Below are positions 25,616-42,000 of a DNA stretch of 58,840 bases, in pieces. Origin of the DNA: Geosiphon pyriformis uo1 (taxonomy: Eukaryota; Fungi; Glomeromycota); assembly GCA_016748015.1 (NCBI GenBank), contig JAAOMT010000009.1:81861-140700 (forward strand). The letters run 5' to 3'. The notes beneath the pieces were generated by a model. That model had not been told where the DNA came from. It did not search any database and saw only the letters and a program-made list of their open reading frames with translations. Made by a program: the position numbers and the translations under genes. How positions within the stretch are numbered: the first letter of the stretch is position 1; every line of letters begins with the position of its first letter.

Positions 25616-27538
25616 ATTTGTGTCTGTTTCCCGAATTATCATTATGTAAATATGCTTTTACGACGTTCGTGTGTTTTCGGTGTGCTTTGAAAACTGTGAC
25701 TCGGGTTTTGTTAAAGATTGAGATTAGTATTTAATTTAGAATCCAGCTTTTGATTTAAAATATTAGCTGTTAATAACGCTTAGAGTACCAAATAGATTAA
25801 TGAGAGTTCTTGAGATAGAAGGATTGAATTAGAATTAGTAAATGATAATCCGTGATTATTTCCTTTTTGTATCATTTTTTACTTTTGATATTCAAAATAA
25901 AAAATTCGACCGAGGTGTTTTATTTTTCTGTTTGTTTAAACGTCATAATGACGGCAAAATGAGAACGCTGTTGTGTCAAGTTCAATGCTTAAAATTCGTA
26001 AAAGAATCTTTAAATGGGAAGTTCTTAAAATTGATATGTCAAACAGTTCTTTTCTTGTTACATTTTGAAAGGCTTAAAAGACTTGCATCCTTGGATTTCA
26101 TATAATAATAATAATAATAATAAAAAGGAAATGATTTTTTAGTCAAAAATAACAAATATTAAAGACTTCAATTTATTTCTTGTGTTATTAATTTATGACA
26201 TGGAATCAAAAGGTTTCTTTTTCGAATTTTCACAAATGGCTTAAAAAAATTCTTCCAATTTCCATCTCTAATTTACAGCATTGGAAAGATTTTGCCATGT
26301 TAGTGTGAACCAAACATTATGAAATTCCATTTCATTCAAGGCTAGTTAAAAAAACAACAACAAAATTTGGGATCACATTACCATTATTCCCATTGTAGGG
26401 TTTAGCTTTTTTTTTTTACATTATACATTATTTAATCCAAAATGGGTTAATCCGAAAGCAACAAAAAGAAAATGAACTAAATATTTTCTCACGTATCTGT
26501 CAAAGTGAAGCTCAGGAGTAAAATGTGACTGATCCACTAAAACACAAACTAATTTCATCACCGGAAATTCCTTAAAAAATTGGGTTCATTTTGTGCAAAA
26601 ATGAAGTCATTCGAAAAAAAACACACACACACATCAAAAAAGGGTTTTTTTTGCCATTTCATCATTATTACTTATAGTTGAGAATAGGTTCAGGGGTAGT
26701 CGTTTCTTTTTAATATGACTAATCTGCAGTAATAAACAAAAAAGTCAATAAGGTCTTTTCGTTTGCAAAATTTTACGATTTCTTTGGTTAGCGTGGATTT
26801 TGACACAACCATACAGATCTAACAAAATAGATGATTATCATCAAGAAAAGGGTTATGAGGAAACTTAATCACTAAAATTTGATGAACAAAAAACCTCTTT
26901 CTAATCCATAATAAATTCTCAAAGATATAAATATTTATTGATGTAGCGTTCATCATCATTCGGCAACTTAATATACCCATTTCTGACAAAGAATTATCCA
27001 TTTATTTTAATTTCATTAATTTTGTTTTTTTGTTTTTTTTTAAAGTGACATCCGAAATTCATTCTTTAAACAATCTCTTTGCGTTTTACCCTACTTTGGT
27101 CACAATGACAAATACATTTAGGTAAAGGCCAGGCTGTGGCCACCAAAAAGTATTATAACATACAGGTATCAAGAAAATTTTTTGCTAAACAGATGTTAGA
27201 ATGGGGCTGAATTGATCCGCAAATGACATTAAATTGTTAACAAATTATGCATGAAATGGAAACGTTCGACAGAATTTTGTAAATGAGTTGTGTTAAAATG
27301 GATTTTTATCATAAATAGTCAAAGATTTTGTTTCTCAATTGTTTTAATGCTTCTACTATATCAATTGAACGATTTTGCATCAAAGATATTCGGCAAAATT
27401 CGTACATTATAAGCATCGGAAATTCCTGATATTTTTAATCAATGATTAATATGCATATAAATCTGGTGATCCTGATAGTAGATGATCCTGTAAAAATATT
27501 GACAGGATTTTATAAATGGGAGTCAGAATGTATCAAAG

Positions 27539-27570
<32 letters not shown>

Positions 27571-30500
27571 GTGTTAATCAACATTTATAATTCGCGGGTA
27601 TCTTTAATGAATTAGGAGTAATATTTTATCGTGTGACCAGATGACCCATCAAAAGCAATGATCCCCAATGGCGGATCCTTTTTTAAGAAATAAAAATTGT
27701 CTCAAACGGTGCAGCGTGTCAAACAATCCAAGATCTGTCAATCGGTTGTCTTTTACCGATTTGGAATTTTGATGAAGAAAAGCCCCTCATGACCATAGTT
27801 CCCAAGATGGAATAATCCCTTGGAGTAAAAATTTTTGTGTTTATGTGACATTGCATTAAGCCACGACTTTTTTTAAATGTTAAAGGGATCGAGAATTAGT
27901 TCCATTCATGCTTAAAAATGAACCCTTCAAACTTTTAGGATCTGTGAAAAGCCATTGGGGGGATCACACAGAAGTGGAATGAATGGAGAATTTTACAATT
28001 CACAATCTGAAGCTTAGAATTCTCGTTAACATAAAACAACGAAATTATTTCCCCTGAATCCATAAATGATTTTAATTAAAGTTCAAGTAAAGTTTGGTCA
28101 TTAGTCTTCCCTTTGATATGATTAAAAACAAAAAAGAGAATATCATGAAAGGTTCTTCAAAATATTATTGTTACAAAAGGAATATCTTGAGGAAAACTTG
28201 AAGTTAATTTAGATAAAAAAATAAATCAAGAGTAATTGTTCAAAAGAAAAGTTGGCAATAAAATGATATAAAAGGGTTCTCCTGCCTTTGTGGAACCAAT
28301 TCGCTGCATTATTATGTTATGCCTGCTGGAGCTTTATTTTATCTGCTTGTTTATGTTTTGTAACGTTCAAGATTATGCCATGCATACTTAAGATTCCTTT
28401 TTTGTAAGCAAAGGTCAGACGACCCCAATTCTTCACAGTTTCCTTTTTATAGCTGTGATCAACCCAAGTGAAAGGTTTTTTGTGCATCTGGAAATTGAGT
28501 AGGTATGTTTATTAATGAAGAAAATTCAATAAATACTAAATTAAGGTAACTTGATTGTTGAGAGAACGAGCCTGTCAGTTTTTACCACCTTTGGGCCCTA
28601 TTAGATTTAACATGTGTACCAAGGTAATTGCTATTTAGAGATGATGAGTAATCCTGGCGGCTGGTTGGTGTTTTCCAAAACCTTGTCCCATCTGAGGAGG
28701 TGTTTGGAAAATTTGATTATCTTAAAGGAGTAAAGTTTAAAGCACGTTGTTGACATGGTTTTTTAAGTGAAAACCTGGTTTAGCTTTCACTATTGTACAA
28801 AGAAAAGTTGGGGAAATGGTCAAGCTTTGTATAATGTTGAATAAGTTTGGCAAAACAAATACAATATGATTTTTTTTTGATTTGAACATCTTTATAAACA
28901 TCTGGGGGGTATTTGATCGACAAATTTTAGATGCGATAGATATCTCGAAAGTTGTGTATATTTTGAGATCACAAGGACGTCTGCTTTCAATTGTTCATAA
29001 ACTATGTTACCAATAGAGGGGGGAATAGTAGTAGATTACAAAAAAATTGTGAATTTTATTTGGATTTTTTTCAAAGAAGGGATGATTGTGTGAAACATAT
29101 GAAAAAGGCATTTATTTTTTTTCCGAGATAAAATTTATTTTTGTAACCAGAAAAAATTTTCAGCGAAACATTAGTTTATTATCACTAGCAAAACTATCAT
29201 CATTTTGAATAAAGGTTTACCAGAAAGCTATATTTTCAAAGAAAATAAGAAGCATTTTATGTGATGAAATACATGGGCAAATGAAATTTTTTCTTTTTAG
29301 CAAACTTTACGTCAAAAGAATCAATTAATTAGAGTTTCGGTTTAGTTTTTAAATCAAAAGAAGGAAGCGAACGAAAAATTTAAATTAAAAAGATTTTTAC
29401 TTTAAATAAACAAGAGTTTAATGGATTATTCAATTAGTGAAAATTTTCCTTTCTTAAATTAATTCTACTTGAAAATTATTTAAATGTATATATTTAAAAT
29501 TTCATAAAAATCTAATTCATTAAGAAAAAATATTGTTACAATTATGCAATAATATGTTTTTTTACATGAACATTGAAAAGACATATATCATTTTTTTCAT
29601 GCAAGAAATAAATTGAAAATTATGATATTGATAACGTTTTAGCATATAGAGTATGTATTTTGAAAGCAAAATACAACTTTAACAAGTTTGATTTGGAGAT
29701 GGTCATGATGGTTGACCAGCTGAATTAGAGTTTGATGTAATGTGGTGTCAAAATTTATAAAAAACAAATTGCAATTTTAAAATGAGGAATTACAAATAGT
29801 TTGTGTATGAATTAATTTTGTGTAATTAAAAATAATAAATTATGATAATGAATCACGAAAGATTATATTATTTCATAAAAGGGAGAAATAATAGTTATAA
29901 TTTATTAAAATATTTCTTTGATAAAAACTATTTTGTATAAGAGGTTCTTTAATAATGTTATTCAACATTTATCGTGACTTTAGATCAAAAAAAAATTTTA
30001 TATTAAAAATCTCTGGATCAATTTGAACCAAAGAATTCATATGTTGTAATTCGACGAATTTGTAAAGTTGAAATCTTTTTTTCACCTCCTCGACTCGGAA
30101 AAAATATTCAAGTTAAATAAAATTAGTGAAGTTATTAGCATATTTTTGATTCACCAAGCATATATTAAAACGGAGAGGTTATACGATGTATATTTGTGTG
30201 CCATTTATGAATTTGTTAAATTTATATCTACATAATTAATCCTCATATTCTTCTGAGATTTTTAATTTATTAAACCATAATTTAAAAAATTAAAAGCTTT
30301 CCATTTGTTGTATATTAAACTCAATTTTTGCATAACTTTGAGATAAAATTTCATAATTCATCAATTTAGAGATATAATTCCAAAATTTACATGGAAATCT
30401 GAAAACATATCATCATGGATATATTCAATTGACTTTTTGAATATTCTTTTTTTTTTAAGAGCTGAAACCTTTCGAATTACACCATAAAATATTTAATTAT

Positions 30501-30929
30501 TTTTCCTGATCAAATCAATCAACCAAAAGCAAGTATGCTAAAAATTTAAATTTTTATTTGTATTTTCACAGATTCAAAAATTATTTTGAACATTTCAATT
30601 TCATAATTAATATATTTTATTGGAATGTGATAAAATCCTAATATTCGATTCATGAATTTAAATACGAAATTTCATTTTTAACAAAATTTTATATATTTAT
30701 TGCTGCTTTTTATAGCTTTTCCAAAAACAAAATTCACATTATTAATCAATTTATTTTTCTTGTATTCTGCTTTTAATTGGCTAATGGTATCCAAATTTGC
30801 TTTTAGTGCATAATCAAAAAATTAAACCAATTCTAGAATTTTTAGATTAGCCAATTTACTATATTTAAAAAACTTTAAAACTTCACTATACACACAAATC
30901 TTTTGATCAAATCTATGTAAACTTTATTA

Positions 30930-33900
30930 TTAGTATATTATATTTAATACATATAATTTTTTACTAATTGACAGTATATTATGTAAAAAAATTATTATAT
31001 TTGTATATAAAATACTGTTTTTTTACTTATTATATTAGTTTTTATTTAACTTAAACTATTTATAATTTTTGTGTTTAAAAATTTGCTTAATTATTAACTT
31101 TTTATTTAATATATTATACTATATTAAATAAATTATGGATTTATATGTTTATAATTATTTGCCAAGTTTGTTAATATTTGCTTTTTATTATTAAAAATAC
31201 TAGAATATTTTTTGATTTTAACCAAATTTACATTTAAATATTTATAATTAATATAAATATATTATTATTTACAATATTACATTTTTTTGTTAATAATATA
31301 TATATTAATATAAGTACAATCATTTTTAAATTTATAAAGTTAATAAAATCTTATATATTTTTACAATATTTTTTTTTATGTAATTTAATATTCAAATTTT
31401 TTATTTATATACTATTAATTTGTTTATTATATTATTTAAATTAAATTTTTTTATTGTTTTATTGTGTTTTTTGTTTTATATATATATATTGTATTATTTT
31501 TATTTTTATTTTATAATATATTAATATAATTACAATTTTAATAATAATGTATATTGTTTTTATATTGATTAATAATTTTTGTTTTTAATATTCAATTATT
31601 AAATTTTCAAATATTGTTAATGAAAATAATCAATATTTGTTTTATGTTTTTTGTAAATTTTTTTAAATTTATTATTATGTATTAAACAATATTTGGTTAA
31701 AATTCTGTTTTAAATTTTATATTTTTTGATGATAAAATTAAAAAACAATATTTAAAACTTTTTTTTTTAATTAATCTTTTGATTATAATAAAAATCAAAA
31801 GAAATTAAAAGAATATATTTTTTTTATGGTGTTTTTATAAATTATTTTTTTTAATACACTTTTTTTTATAGCAATAAATCTAATAATTTTTTTTATTAAT
31901 AAGTTAATTATAAATAAAACTAAAATAAATACTTATTTTAGTACCAAAAAAAAAAGATATATATTTATAAAAGTGCTAATAAAAAAGCCAAAAAATTCTT
32001 TATTAAAACCAAAACTATTAATTTGTTTATTAACTTTTTAATCATAAATTTATTGAAATTTAGTAGTATTTAGTATTTAAATTTTAAAATAATAAAGTAA
32101 AAAATAAAACTAATAATATTATTAATATATTAAAAATTAAGAATTTAAAAAACACTATTATAAATAAAATTAGTTATACTAATTCAAATATATTAAGCAA
32201 TCTTAAAGTTATAAATAAAACAATTCTATAAAAAAATTATATTTGGTTTTATAATTTGAAAAACTACTAAATTAGCTGTTTTTTAATAATTTAAATAATG
32301 ATAAAATTTTAAAGTTTTTTTTTAAGTTTGATAAATTAAAACTATTAATTGTAGTTTTAGTAAGCAAAAAAAAATTTAATTTGATTAAATTTTTTGTTTT
32401 AAATATTAATATCTTTGTTATTACTAAGAAAATTTTAAATAAAAAGCTAAAATTTATTAAAAAGTTTTTTTATCAATAAATTATTCTAAAAAAGTCTTTA
32501 TTTCTTTAAAATTTATAATATTATTAAGTTAATTTTTATTTTTAAATTAAATATAGCTTTAATTAAAAGTTTTATGATTAAAGTAAAAATTATTATAAAT
32601 ATTAATTTAAAAAAAACAAGTATTTTTATAATTTAAGAAGTAATAGTCAAGAAAATTTCAGTTGGTTTTTTTTAGTTGGCTGTAAAATTAGTTTTTTTTA
32701 AATTTAGTAAAATAATATTAAATAAATTATAATTTATTAGTTTATAACAAAAAACTATAATATAATTTAAAAATATTAATATTGTTAAATTAATTACTTT
32801 TAAGTAGTTAGTTTTTATAAAAAAATTCAATTTATATAGTTAGAATTAATATTAATAAACAAATATAAATTATTAAAAACTATTATTAAATTTTTTTGTA
32901 TATTTTACTAATATATATAATTGCTTAATTGTTTGTTTTAAAACAAAAAACTTCAAAAATAATATTATTTATTTAATTTTAGTTTTCACAAACTTAAAAT
33001 TATGTTGAGCTAATTTGTTTTTTTATTTTATACTATTTATAAATAGGTTAATTATATTTTATTAATATGTATATCTGGTAAAAATTCTAATAATTGTATT
33101 AAAAAAAATATTGCTGTGCTTAATAAATAATAATTAGTATATATATGTATTAAAAAACATGTTTTTATTTCTTATTTGGTTTTTTTTTGTAAAAAAACTT
33201 AAGTATAAATTGCTAAAAGTATTTTATTTTATTTTTTATCTGGTATTTTTTTGGCAATAGTTTATTTTCAGATATTAAATTTTTTTTATCAATATTTTAA
33301 TATCACAGAATTAAAATTTATTAATCTAAAATACAATTTTATTAATCTTATAAAACAAATTAATAAGTTAATAAAAAAATTAAATATATTTAAATTAGTG
33401 GTTTTTTAGTTTTATCTTGGATATAAACCATTTATTGTAAAATTAAATAAATAATATAACAATAATAAAAGTTTTGTATATAGTTACTTATAATAATACT
33501 ATTACAATTCAAGATTTTTTATAATTTAAAAGCTTAAATCTAATATTAAAAATCTGTTAAAAATTTTTAGAAATATTTTAATAAAATTAAATAATATTAA
33601 TGTTTTTTATTTTAATAACTAAATATATTTGAAAAATTACTACTTATAATATACATAATATAAATATTTTTATAAAACAAAAAAAAATTATATATTAATA
33701 TGAGAATATAAATAATATAGTCTTAATTATTACTAAAACAAAATTAAGAAATAATATAAAATCATAAATTAGATGAAAATTTAATGAAATTTATGTGTTT
33801 TTAATAAAGTTAAATTTGTGTTTTTTGAATTTTGAATTTATAATAATTATAAATAATAGTTTAATTAAATATGTTTTTAAGATTTTAAAAATTTTAAATC

Positions 33901-36900
33901 AGTTTTTTTTTAATTGTTTATTATTTTAAAAACAATCTTTTAATTATTATTCTTGGTTTATATACTGAAATATTTATTAATAAAATTAAACCAAACTTTA
34001 AATATTAATTTTTATTAAATATAGCACTAATTTTAAAAAATATTTTGATTTGCGTTTGTGTAATTTTTTTATTAACTGTTTTATAATAAAAATTCCAATT
34101 TAATACAATTTTAAAAGAACACAATAAGTTATTAACTATATATTTGTTAATAAATTTTTGTCTTTTATAATTATTAAATAATATATTTATGGTATTTCTG
34201 AGTTTTTAAATATTAATTATAAAACTGTTTTAGTTTTTATCAGTTTGAATAGTCTTTTAGATATTTATTTTAATGTTATATACAAATAGATCAATAAAAA
34301 TTAATAAAATTATAAAATTAAAAATGCTAATAATGCTAAATAAATTTGTTTTTAGAAGTTGTTCTTATTTAAATAACAATTATGACTAATAACTTTGATA
34401 TATTAAAAAATTTAGAAACTTAAATACTATATAAGATTTTTTTGAAAATATTTTGTTTTTAAGCTAATATAATTTTTTTTAAAACTTGTTTTAATGAATT
34501 TGATTGTCTTAAAAATAAGCAATTATTAAATTTTTTAAATTGAAATTTCTAATGTATAAAATTTTTAAAACATAGAAATTTTTGAATTTAAGTATTTTTT
34601 ACTTATTTGGTGTTTTATTAATAATATTAAAATATTTAAAATACAAATGTTAATATATAATAATATAAGTTTTATTAATTTTATTTATTTTTTATTTATA
34701 GCAAAAAAAAATTATTAAATATCTAAATACCACAAATTTTGTATAGTCAAAGCTGTAAAAATTAATTTGGTTATTAAATAATATATAAAATGTTTTATTA
34801 TTAACAAATATTATATAAATAAAATTATATTAATATATTTATTTAATTATATAGATATTAAAATTTTTAGTAATATTATAAATATATTAAATTGTCAATT
34901 ATAATTAAAAATCTGTTAAATAACAATATTATTAGTTTGTTTAATATTATAAATAAACTTTAAAAACATTATAATAAGTTTATTTTTAAGCTATTATTTA
35001 ATTTACTCAATATTTATTTAGTTATAAAATCAATAATTCTTAAATTTTATAATTAATATAATGTTTTTATTAATATTTAGCTTTTTATTTTAATTAAAGC
35101 AATAAGAAAAAATTTTTTAAATCATATTTTTTTTGTTTATAACAAATTTAATATTTTTTGTAATAACAATTTTTCTGTTTTAAAAAGCATTTTTACTTAA
35201 TTTTCTGTTTTTATTGTTGGTTTTTTTATAAAAAATATTATAAAAAATTGTAAATTATAACTAATTTTACAAAATATACATAAAATTTATAATTTATTAA
35301 GTTAGTCTTATTTAAAAAATAGTTTATTAAAGATTAAAATATGTAACTATTTTAACAAATTTTTAAAAATATCTATAAAAATTAGATTAATTATGTAATA
35401 ATAGATGTTAAGTTTATAAATAACTATAATATACATAATAAATTAAATTAAAAAGAGATATTTTTAATTTTATTCAAAAAATTTTTTAAAAACTTTGTTA
35501 TACAAAGTTAAAAAACATAAATATTTGTATGATTATTTAATTAATATTAACTTTGAAGTTAAAACATACAAAATTAAAATCAAATAAATTTGATATCTTA
35601 TTTAATAATTGAAAATTTTATTAATAATTTTATTTTAATAAAAAATAATTAAGTATTTATTTAATATATATTGAATATTATAAATAAATTTTATAGAATT
35701 AATAATATTTTAATTAACAATAACAAGATAGTAACTATTTTAATATTTAGCGAATTAAAAATATTTTTTGTTTATTAGTAACTTTTTAATTTTTTTATCA
35801 AAAAAGAGAAATCTTATAATATTTGAATATTTTTTATTTATGAAAGATTTATTTAAGTCTAGTTTGATTAAAACATATTTAAATATCAATTTTTTTTAAA
35901 CATAATATTAAAAAGTATTATTAAATAGACAGTTTTTATTTAATATTAATTGTTTTACAACTTATTATTGGTTTTAGTTTAGCTTTATTTTAAAAAGTGT
36001 GTGCTGTAAATAAAATATATTAATTAAAAAGATTTAAAGTTAAAAATTAGTTTACTTAAAATTTTCTAAATAAAATTTTATACTATTTTTTTATATGACT
36101 TAAAATTTTTTAAACAAATATAAACCAGATAATATTATTAATTGTTTTTTTAAATATTATTAGTGTTTTTGGTTGTTTATTTAATTACAAAATTTTGAAT
36201 TTACAAATATCTAGTTAGATTTTAAAAAATTTAATGCAGTTTTTATTAAATTAAAAGTTAATTTAACAAACAATTTTTAATAATTATTATAAAAATATTT
36301 TTAGATTGTGAAATTTTTTTATAAACAATTTACTTTGTGTATTTTATAGTATTAACAGTTTTTTAATATTTAATATTTTAAATATATTTTTGTATTATAA
36401 TATAATTAATTTATTGAAACATTTTTATATAGCTTTTATATTATACTTTTAAATAAACATGATAATATTTTTGATTAAAAAATATTTTATTATTAAAAAA
36501 GATTAAATTTAAAAAATCTGTGCTTTAATAATACAATTTAATTATTAAGTTTATATATATTAACAAATTTATTATTGTTAATTTTGTGCCAATTTATATT
36601 AAAATATTTTTGATTTAAATAGTATTTTTATAGTTTAAAAGCATTTACAAAAAAAGAATTTTAATATTATTAATATTTTTATGAATGAATTTTTAAAAAA
36701 TTTAAGTTTATTTGAGATTATTAATAAAGTTTTAAATTTTTTTACAAATTTAGATTTAAACATAAATATTAAAGTATATAATATTACTTATAAAGTAATA
36801 TAAAAAAACTATTAATAATTAAATATAGCAAAAATTAACCAATTATATATTAAAAATTATTAAATAATATAATATTAAAAATTTTAAAAATTCTAAAAAT

Positions 36901-38500
36901 ATTAAAAATTTTAGTAATAATTCAGAAAAGTATAAAAACTATTAGAAATTCCAAAAATTTCATATTACAAAAATTTATGTATATATAATAATAATATTAA
37001 AAACAAAAAAATAATAATTTTTTTATTAAATTTTTACTAAATAACTTTAATAGTTAAAAATTTAATATTTAAAGCAAATTTTTTTTAATAAAATCATTCA
37101 TAATTATTTTTTATTTAAAATACATAAATTGCTATTTATGTTGGTAAAATTATTTATTATTAATACTAATAATATTTATTTACAGAATTTAATATTATTT
37201 AAATAATAGTTTTTAATTATAACTATTAATAGAATATTAATTTTATTTTACTATTTATTTATTTTGTTTTTTTTTATTTTATTTTAATGTATTTACTAAA
37301 TAATTAAAAAATCATTAAGATTATAATATTAAAAATTATCTTGTAAAAAACATAAAAATAAATATAGAATTAATTTATTGGATTGTTTACCAAAAAATAA
37401 AAAATATTAGAATAAATTAGTTATTATACCAAAAAAGTCAAATATTAAGTATTGTTAATAATTATTAATAAAATTTGTTTAAGATATAAAAAGCTTAGAT
37501 AAATTAAATTTTTTTAATATCAAATTTTTCAAATTACATTATTTATTAATAATATTAACTTACAAATTAATATATTATATAACTATTTATAATAATAATT
37601 TAATTTTTTAATGTTAACTAAATTACAAATTATTGTATTAATTCTTAAGTGTATTTTAATATTTAATGTAATTATAATTAATTTAAATAGTTAAACTGTT
37701 TAAATATATGTATTTTTAAATTAAATCTAATTTTATCTAATTTTTATAACTGTTATTAAGTAAAAAGATAATATTTTATTATATTAATTAATATTAAAAA
37801 TATTTTAGTTACTTATTCAAAAATTAAAAATTATTCTAATAATATTAATAATAATTATACAAATATATTCATTAATAAGACTATTTTTTTATTTTATTTT
37901 ATTTTTATTTAAGAGCAATTTATTATGACAAATAATATTGTAATTTTTAAAAATATATCTATAATACATAAAAAATTATGTATTATATTTATTAAGAAAC
38001 TGGGTCTAATTTTAAAATACTATAATTAAAAACATAAATTAATTATATACTTTACTAATATAATATTCTAATTTATATATATTGTTTAAATTTATAAATA
38101 AATTTTTAATTAAATTATATACATATTTAATAAAAACAGTTTACAAAAAATTATTAATAATTGTTAAAAAATAATTTTATAACAAGTTTTCGTTTAATGT
38201 TTTTTGTTTATATTATATTAAGATAAAACTTTCAAATTATTTTTTTATATGCAAACTAAATATTAAAATTTACAAAATATTGTTATTAAATATATAATAT
38301 ATTAATAATTTTTAAATAACACTTATTATTATATTAATTTAATAATAGCTTAAATATTGTTTTATGTAAAAATTTGAATTTTAAAAATTAATATAATAAA
38401 ATATTTTTAATTTTTAAAAATATTGAGATTATTATAATAATAATAATAATAATATTTTGTATATTAATTAGTTAAATATTATTAAAATAAAATATAATTA
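30930..38500 (-). mobile_element. Heavily decayed DNA-transposon relic, tentatively MULE-like with a Ulp1/C48-protease-like remnant; AT-decayed sequence continues after the LTR element to ~46050
   Basis: Minus-strand ghost motifs: TIQTDKN* (~34230-34253, cf. MULE TDKD) followed by LLCSFKIVLNW (~34094-34127, cf. LCxFHVxxAW). At ~32950-33170 reads MFFNTYIY..LFINSINKKTN*LNII..YYF*S (cf. Ulp1 FFNTFFY..IPIN..HW..YYFDS). Recognition is weak. Confidence 0.35.
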
Positions 38501-38503
38501 TAT

Positions 38504-39037
38504 TGCTATAGTTGAATCTTTTACTTTTTAACTTTAATATTTTTACTTAATTATAATTAATTATATATATTAACTATTAATATTATTAATTAACTATTCT
38601 ATTTTTAGAATTAGTCATAAATATAATTATTAATCTAATTATTGACTTAATTATTAATTTAATTATTAACCAAATTATTAATATAATTAATTAATTTTTT
38701 TGTAAGAATATATAAGTAAGACTCTTTGAAATTATAAAAAAGTATTTATACTTAAATTATATTTAAATTAATATAAAAATATTAATTTTTTATTTTTTTT
38801 ACTATTTTTTTCTTGATTTATATAATTATTTACTAAAAAAATACAATTGATATCTAATATTGAATTTTAAAAATACTAATATAAAACAAATTTTTTATTT
38901 TCAGATTTTTTTGTTATATTTTAAAAAAATAGCTACTAAAATATTTATAAAATTAATCTTACATATTGAATTCTTACTAATTTAATTTATTTTTTAAAGT
39001 TAAATTATATTTTTGATTATTTTTTTACTATATAATT
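38504..39037 (+). repeat. 5' LTR
   Basis: Begins TGCTATAGTTGAATCTTTTACTTTTTAAC and aligns with 44279-44702; differences are mostly transitions. The 3' end is approximate. Confidence 0.75.
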
Positions 39038-42000
39038 ATATTAACTAATTAATATTCTTAATTATTTTTAGTTGTTAAAACAGAAGTTTTTTACTTTTAT
39101 TTTAAAAAAACTTCTAAAATCTTGTAAAATAACTTGAAGAGTTTAAAAGAACTATTACAACAAATTAATACAATAATGATTATAAGTTTTAAATAATTGG
39201 AAAATATTTTTAAAAACTTTTTGCTATATAATTTATTCAAAAAACTGCTAAAAAAGCAGCTCAAAAAATTATCTATTAATTCTTTAAAAATATTAACCAA
39301 AATAAAATTTTATTATTATTTAATCTAAAGAAAAATTTTGTACTATAATACTAATATTCAAATAGATTTATTTTATGTTTTATGGTTTTTTTTGTCATTA
39401 AAAATAATTTTACAGTGAATTCAATAATAAAAATAGCTTCTAAAAAAGAAAGTAATCAATAAATATATTTAAAAAATATGTTTTTTCTTTAATAATTGTT
39501 TTTGTTTTTACTTTTTTTTTAAATAGCTATTATATTATTTACTGCTTATGTTTAAAACTTTAATAAATAATTAATAGATAAATTAACAACAAATTTTGTT
39601 AGATTTCTAAAACTATTAACCAAAATAATGCAAAAAATTAAAAACTTTCAAAATTTTAATATTAAACTTATAATAATTAGTTACAGCAACTTTAATATAA
39701 CTCAAGATCCAAAAATTTAAGTTATTCAATTTATTATTAATGTAAAAACTTTAATTATATAATACAAAATTACAATAATTTGTTAATGTTTTTTTTAAAC
39801 TTGAAAAACAATAATTAGTAAAACAATAAAACTAATAATAATTAAGTTTTAATTTAAATACAAATTAAGTCTATAAACTTTTTTAAAAAAAAATTTTAAT
39901 TAAAACAACAAAATATCAGTTTTTAAATTGATAAATATATTTTTTAAGAATAAAAATACAAGCCAAAAAGAAAAAAATCTCTTTTTTAATTTTAATTTAA
40001 TTGAAAATAACATAAAACTACAAAAAAATAATAGCAAATTATTAAGTTATACCAAATTCAAAAAACAAAAAGTGAATTTTAATTTTAATTATATTGCTTT
40101 AATACTAAAAAAAAATAAAACTTTAAAATTAAAAGTATTTAAAAATTTGCTAAAAATAAAACTATCAAAAATTATTCAGAAATTAAGTCTTTATTTAAAA
40201 GCCAAAAACTTGATAAAAATTTTTTTTTATATTATTTTTGGTTAGTTTATAACTTATTTACAATTTCAAAAAATTTTTAAAAATTATTAGAACTTAAAAA
40301 ACAATTTAAGATTAACAAATACTTTTAATAAACAATCTTAGCTTTTAATAATAATATTACTCTTCTTATATACAAAACTTAAATAGCTAAATACTTTATA
40401 GATCTAATATTAGATAATGGTTTTTTGGTTAGTGTTATAATTTAATATTTACTGAATATAATTGAAAAAAAATTAACAAACTATTGATCAAACTTATAAT
40501 TAATGTTTATAGAAAAAAAAGCCTAGAAATTATTAAAACTGTTTTTATTAAAATCAATAATATGTATATTAAAATTAATATAAAAATATTAAAAACAAAA
40601 AATTACACTATAATAATAAAAAACAAATAGTTTAAAAAAACCAAAACTTTTTTAAATTATAAACTTTATAAATTTATAATTTGCAGTAAAATCAAACCAA
40701 TTATATTTAAAAATTATTATTAAACAGTATATTTTATAGTAATTTAACAACAGTAACAACAAAGTAACAATGATAATAATTTTGATGATTTTAAAGATTT
40801 TAAAAAAAAAGAAAAAAAAAGCTAAATTAATATTTATTATTTTAGTAACAATAAAAAACTTTTAAATAATATACAAACAAATAGCAAAAGTTTTTTAGTC
40901 AACAAAAAACTTATTTAATAGTTATATTATAATATGCTTAAAAAAATATTCAAATAATAACCAGAAAAAAAACAAAATAAACTATTAATAATATAATTTA
41001 TGTATTTAATAGTGATATAATTATTCTTTTTATTTTTTAAATAATAAATATAAAATATGTTTTTTTTAAAAATTGAAAACTAATTAGTTTAATTTTTGAT
41101 AAAAAAAATTAAAGCTGTGTAAAAAACATTCAAAAAAAAGTACTTAAAATTTAATTTTTAGCAATTAAACAAAAAAACCAAGTAAAAATAATCAAAAAAT
41201 TGATATTAAAAATGTGTTAATCTAAAATAAATTATTAATATTAAAAGAAAAAAAACATTCTGATTAAATAAATTTAATTTAATATATAATTAAAACCAAA
41301 AATTCCAATCTATTTATTTAGTCTTATTAATTAAATTAATAAAATAATAAATTTATTAAAAAATAAATAAATCAAATAAAAAAACTTGGATTTATATAAA
41401 AAACCAAGAGTAAATAAATATTTTTTGTTGTAATAATATCCAAGAAAAGTAAAATTTTATAATTTTATATAAATTATTAATAATTAAATATTATTCTTAA
41501 ATAAAATATGTATTACTTTTAAGAATTAATAATATTTTTAATTGATTTAAAAGCTTAGCATATTTTACAAAAATTGATTTAATTGTTGAATATTGACAAG
41601 TAAAAATAGATTTTGTTAACAAAAAAACCATATTTATTATAAAATATAAAATTTATGAGTTTATTATTATGTTTTTTAGATTAATAAATATTTTACTCAT
41701 ATTTTAAAAATTAATAGACAAAACATTTAAATTAGAACACTAAAAATTTGTTTCTATATATCTTAATAATATAATTATATATTTAAAAACATAGAATAAA
41801 TATTTAAAACATTTTTAAAAAGTTTTTAACCTTTTTAAAAATGTCAAATTCAAGATTAATCTTATTAAATTATTTTTTAAATAACAAATCACCCAGTTTT
41901 TAGAATATCTTGTAGCAAAAAATAGAATTTTTTTAAACTTAGCAAAAATTAAAAAAGTACATATACTTAAATAATCAATAAATATTTTAAAATTGCAATT

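Noticed and set aside
39097-40245. K/N/I/L/F-rich short ORFs (also 6464-6673 and 7027-7218)
   Set aside because: Chance open frames in hypermutated TE DNA.
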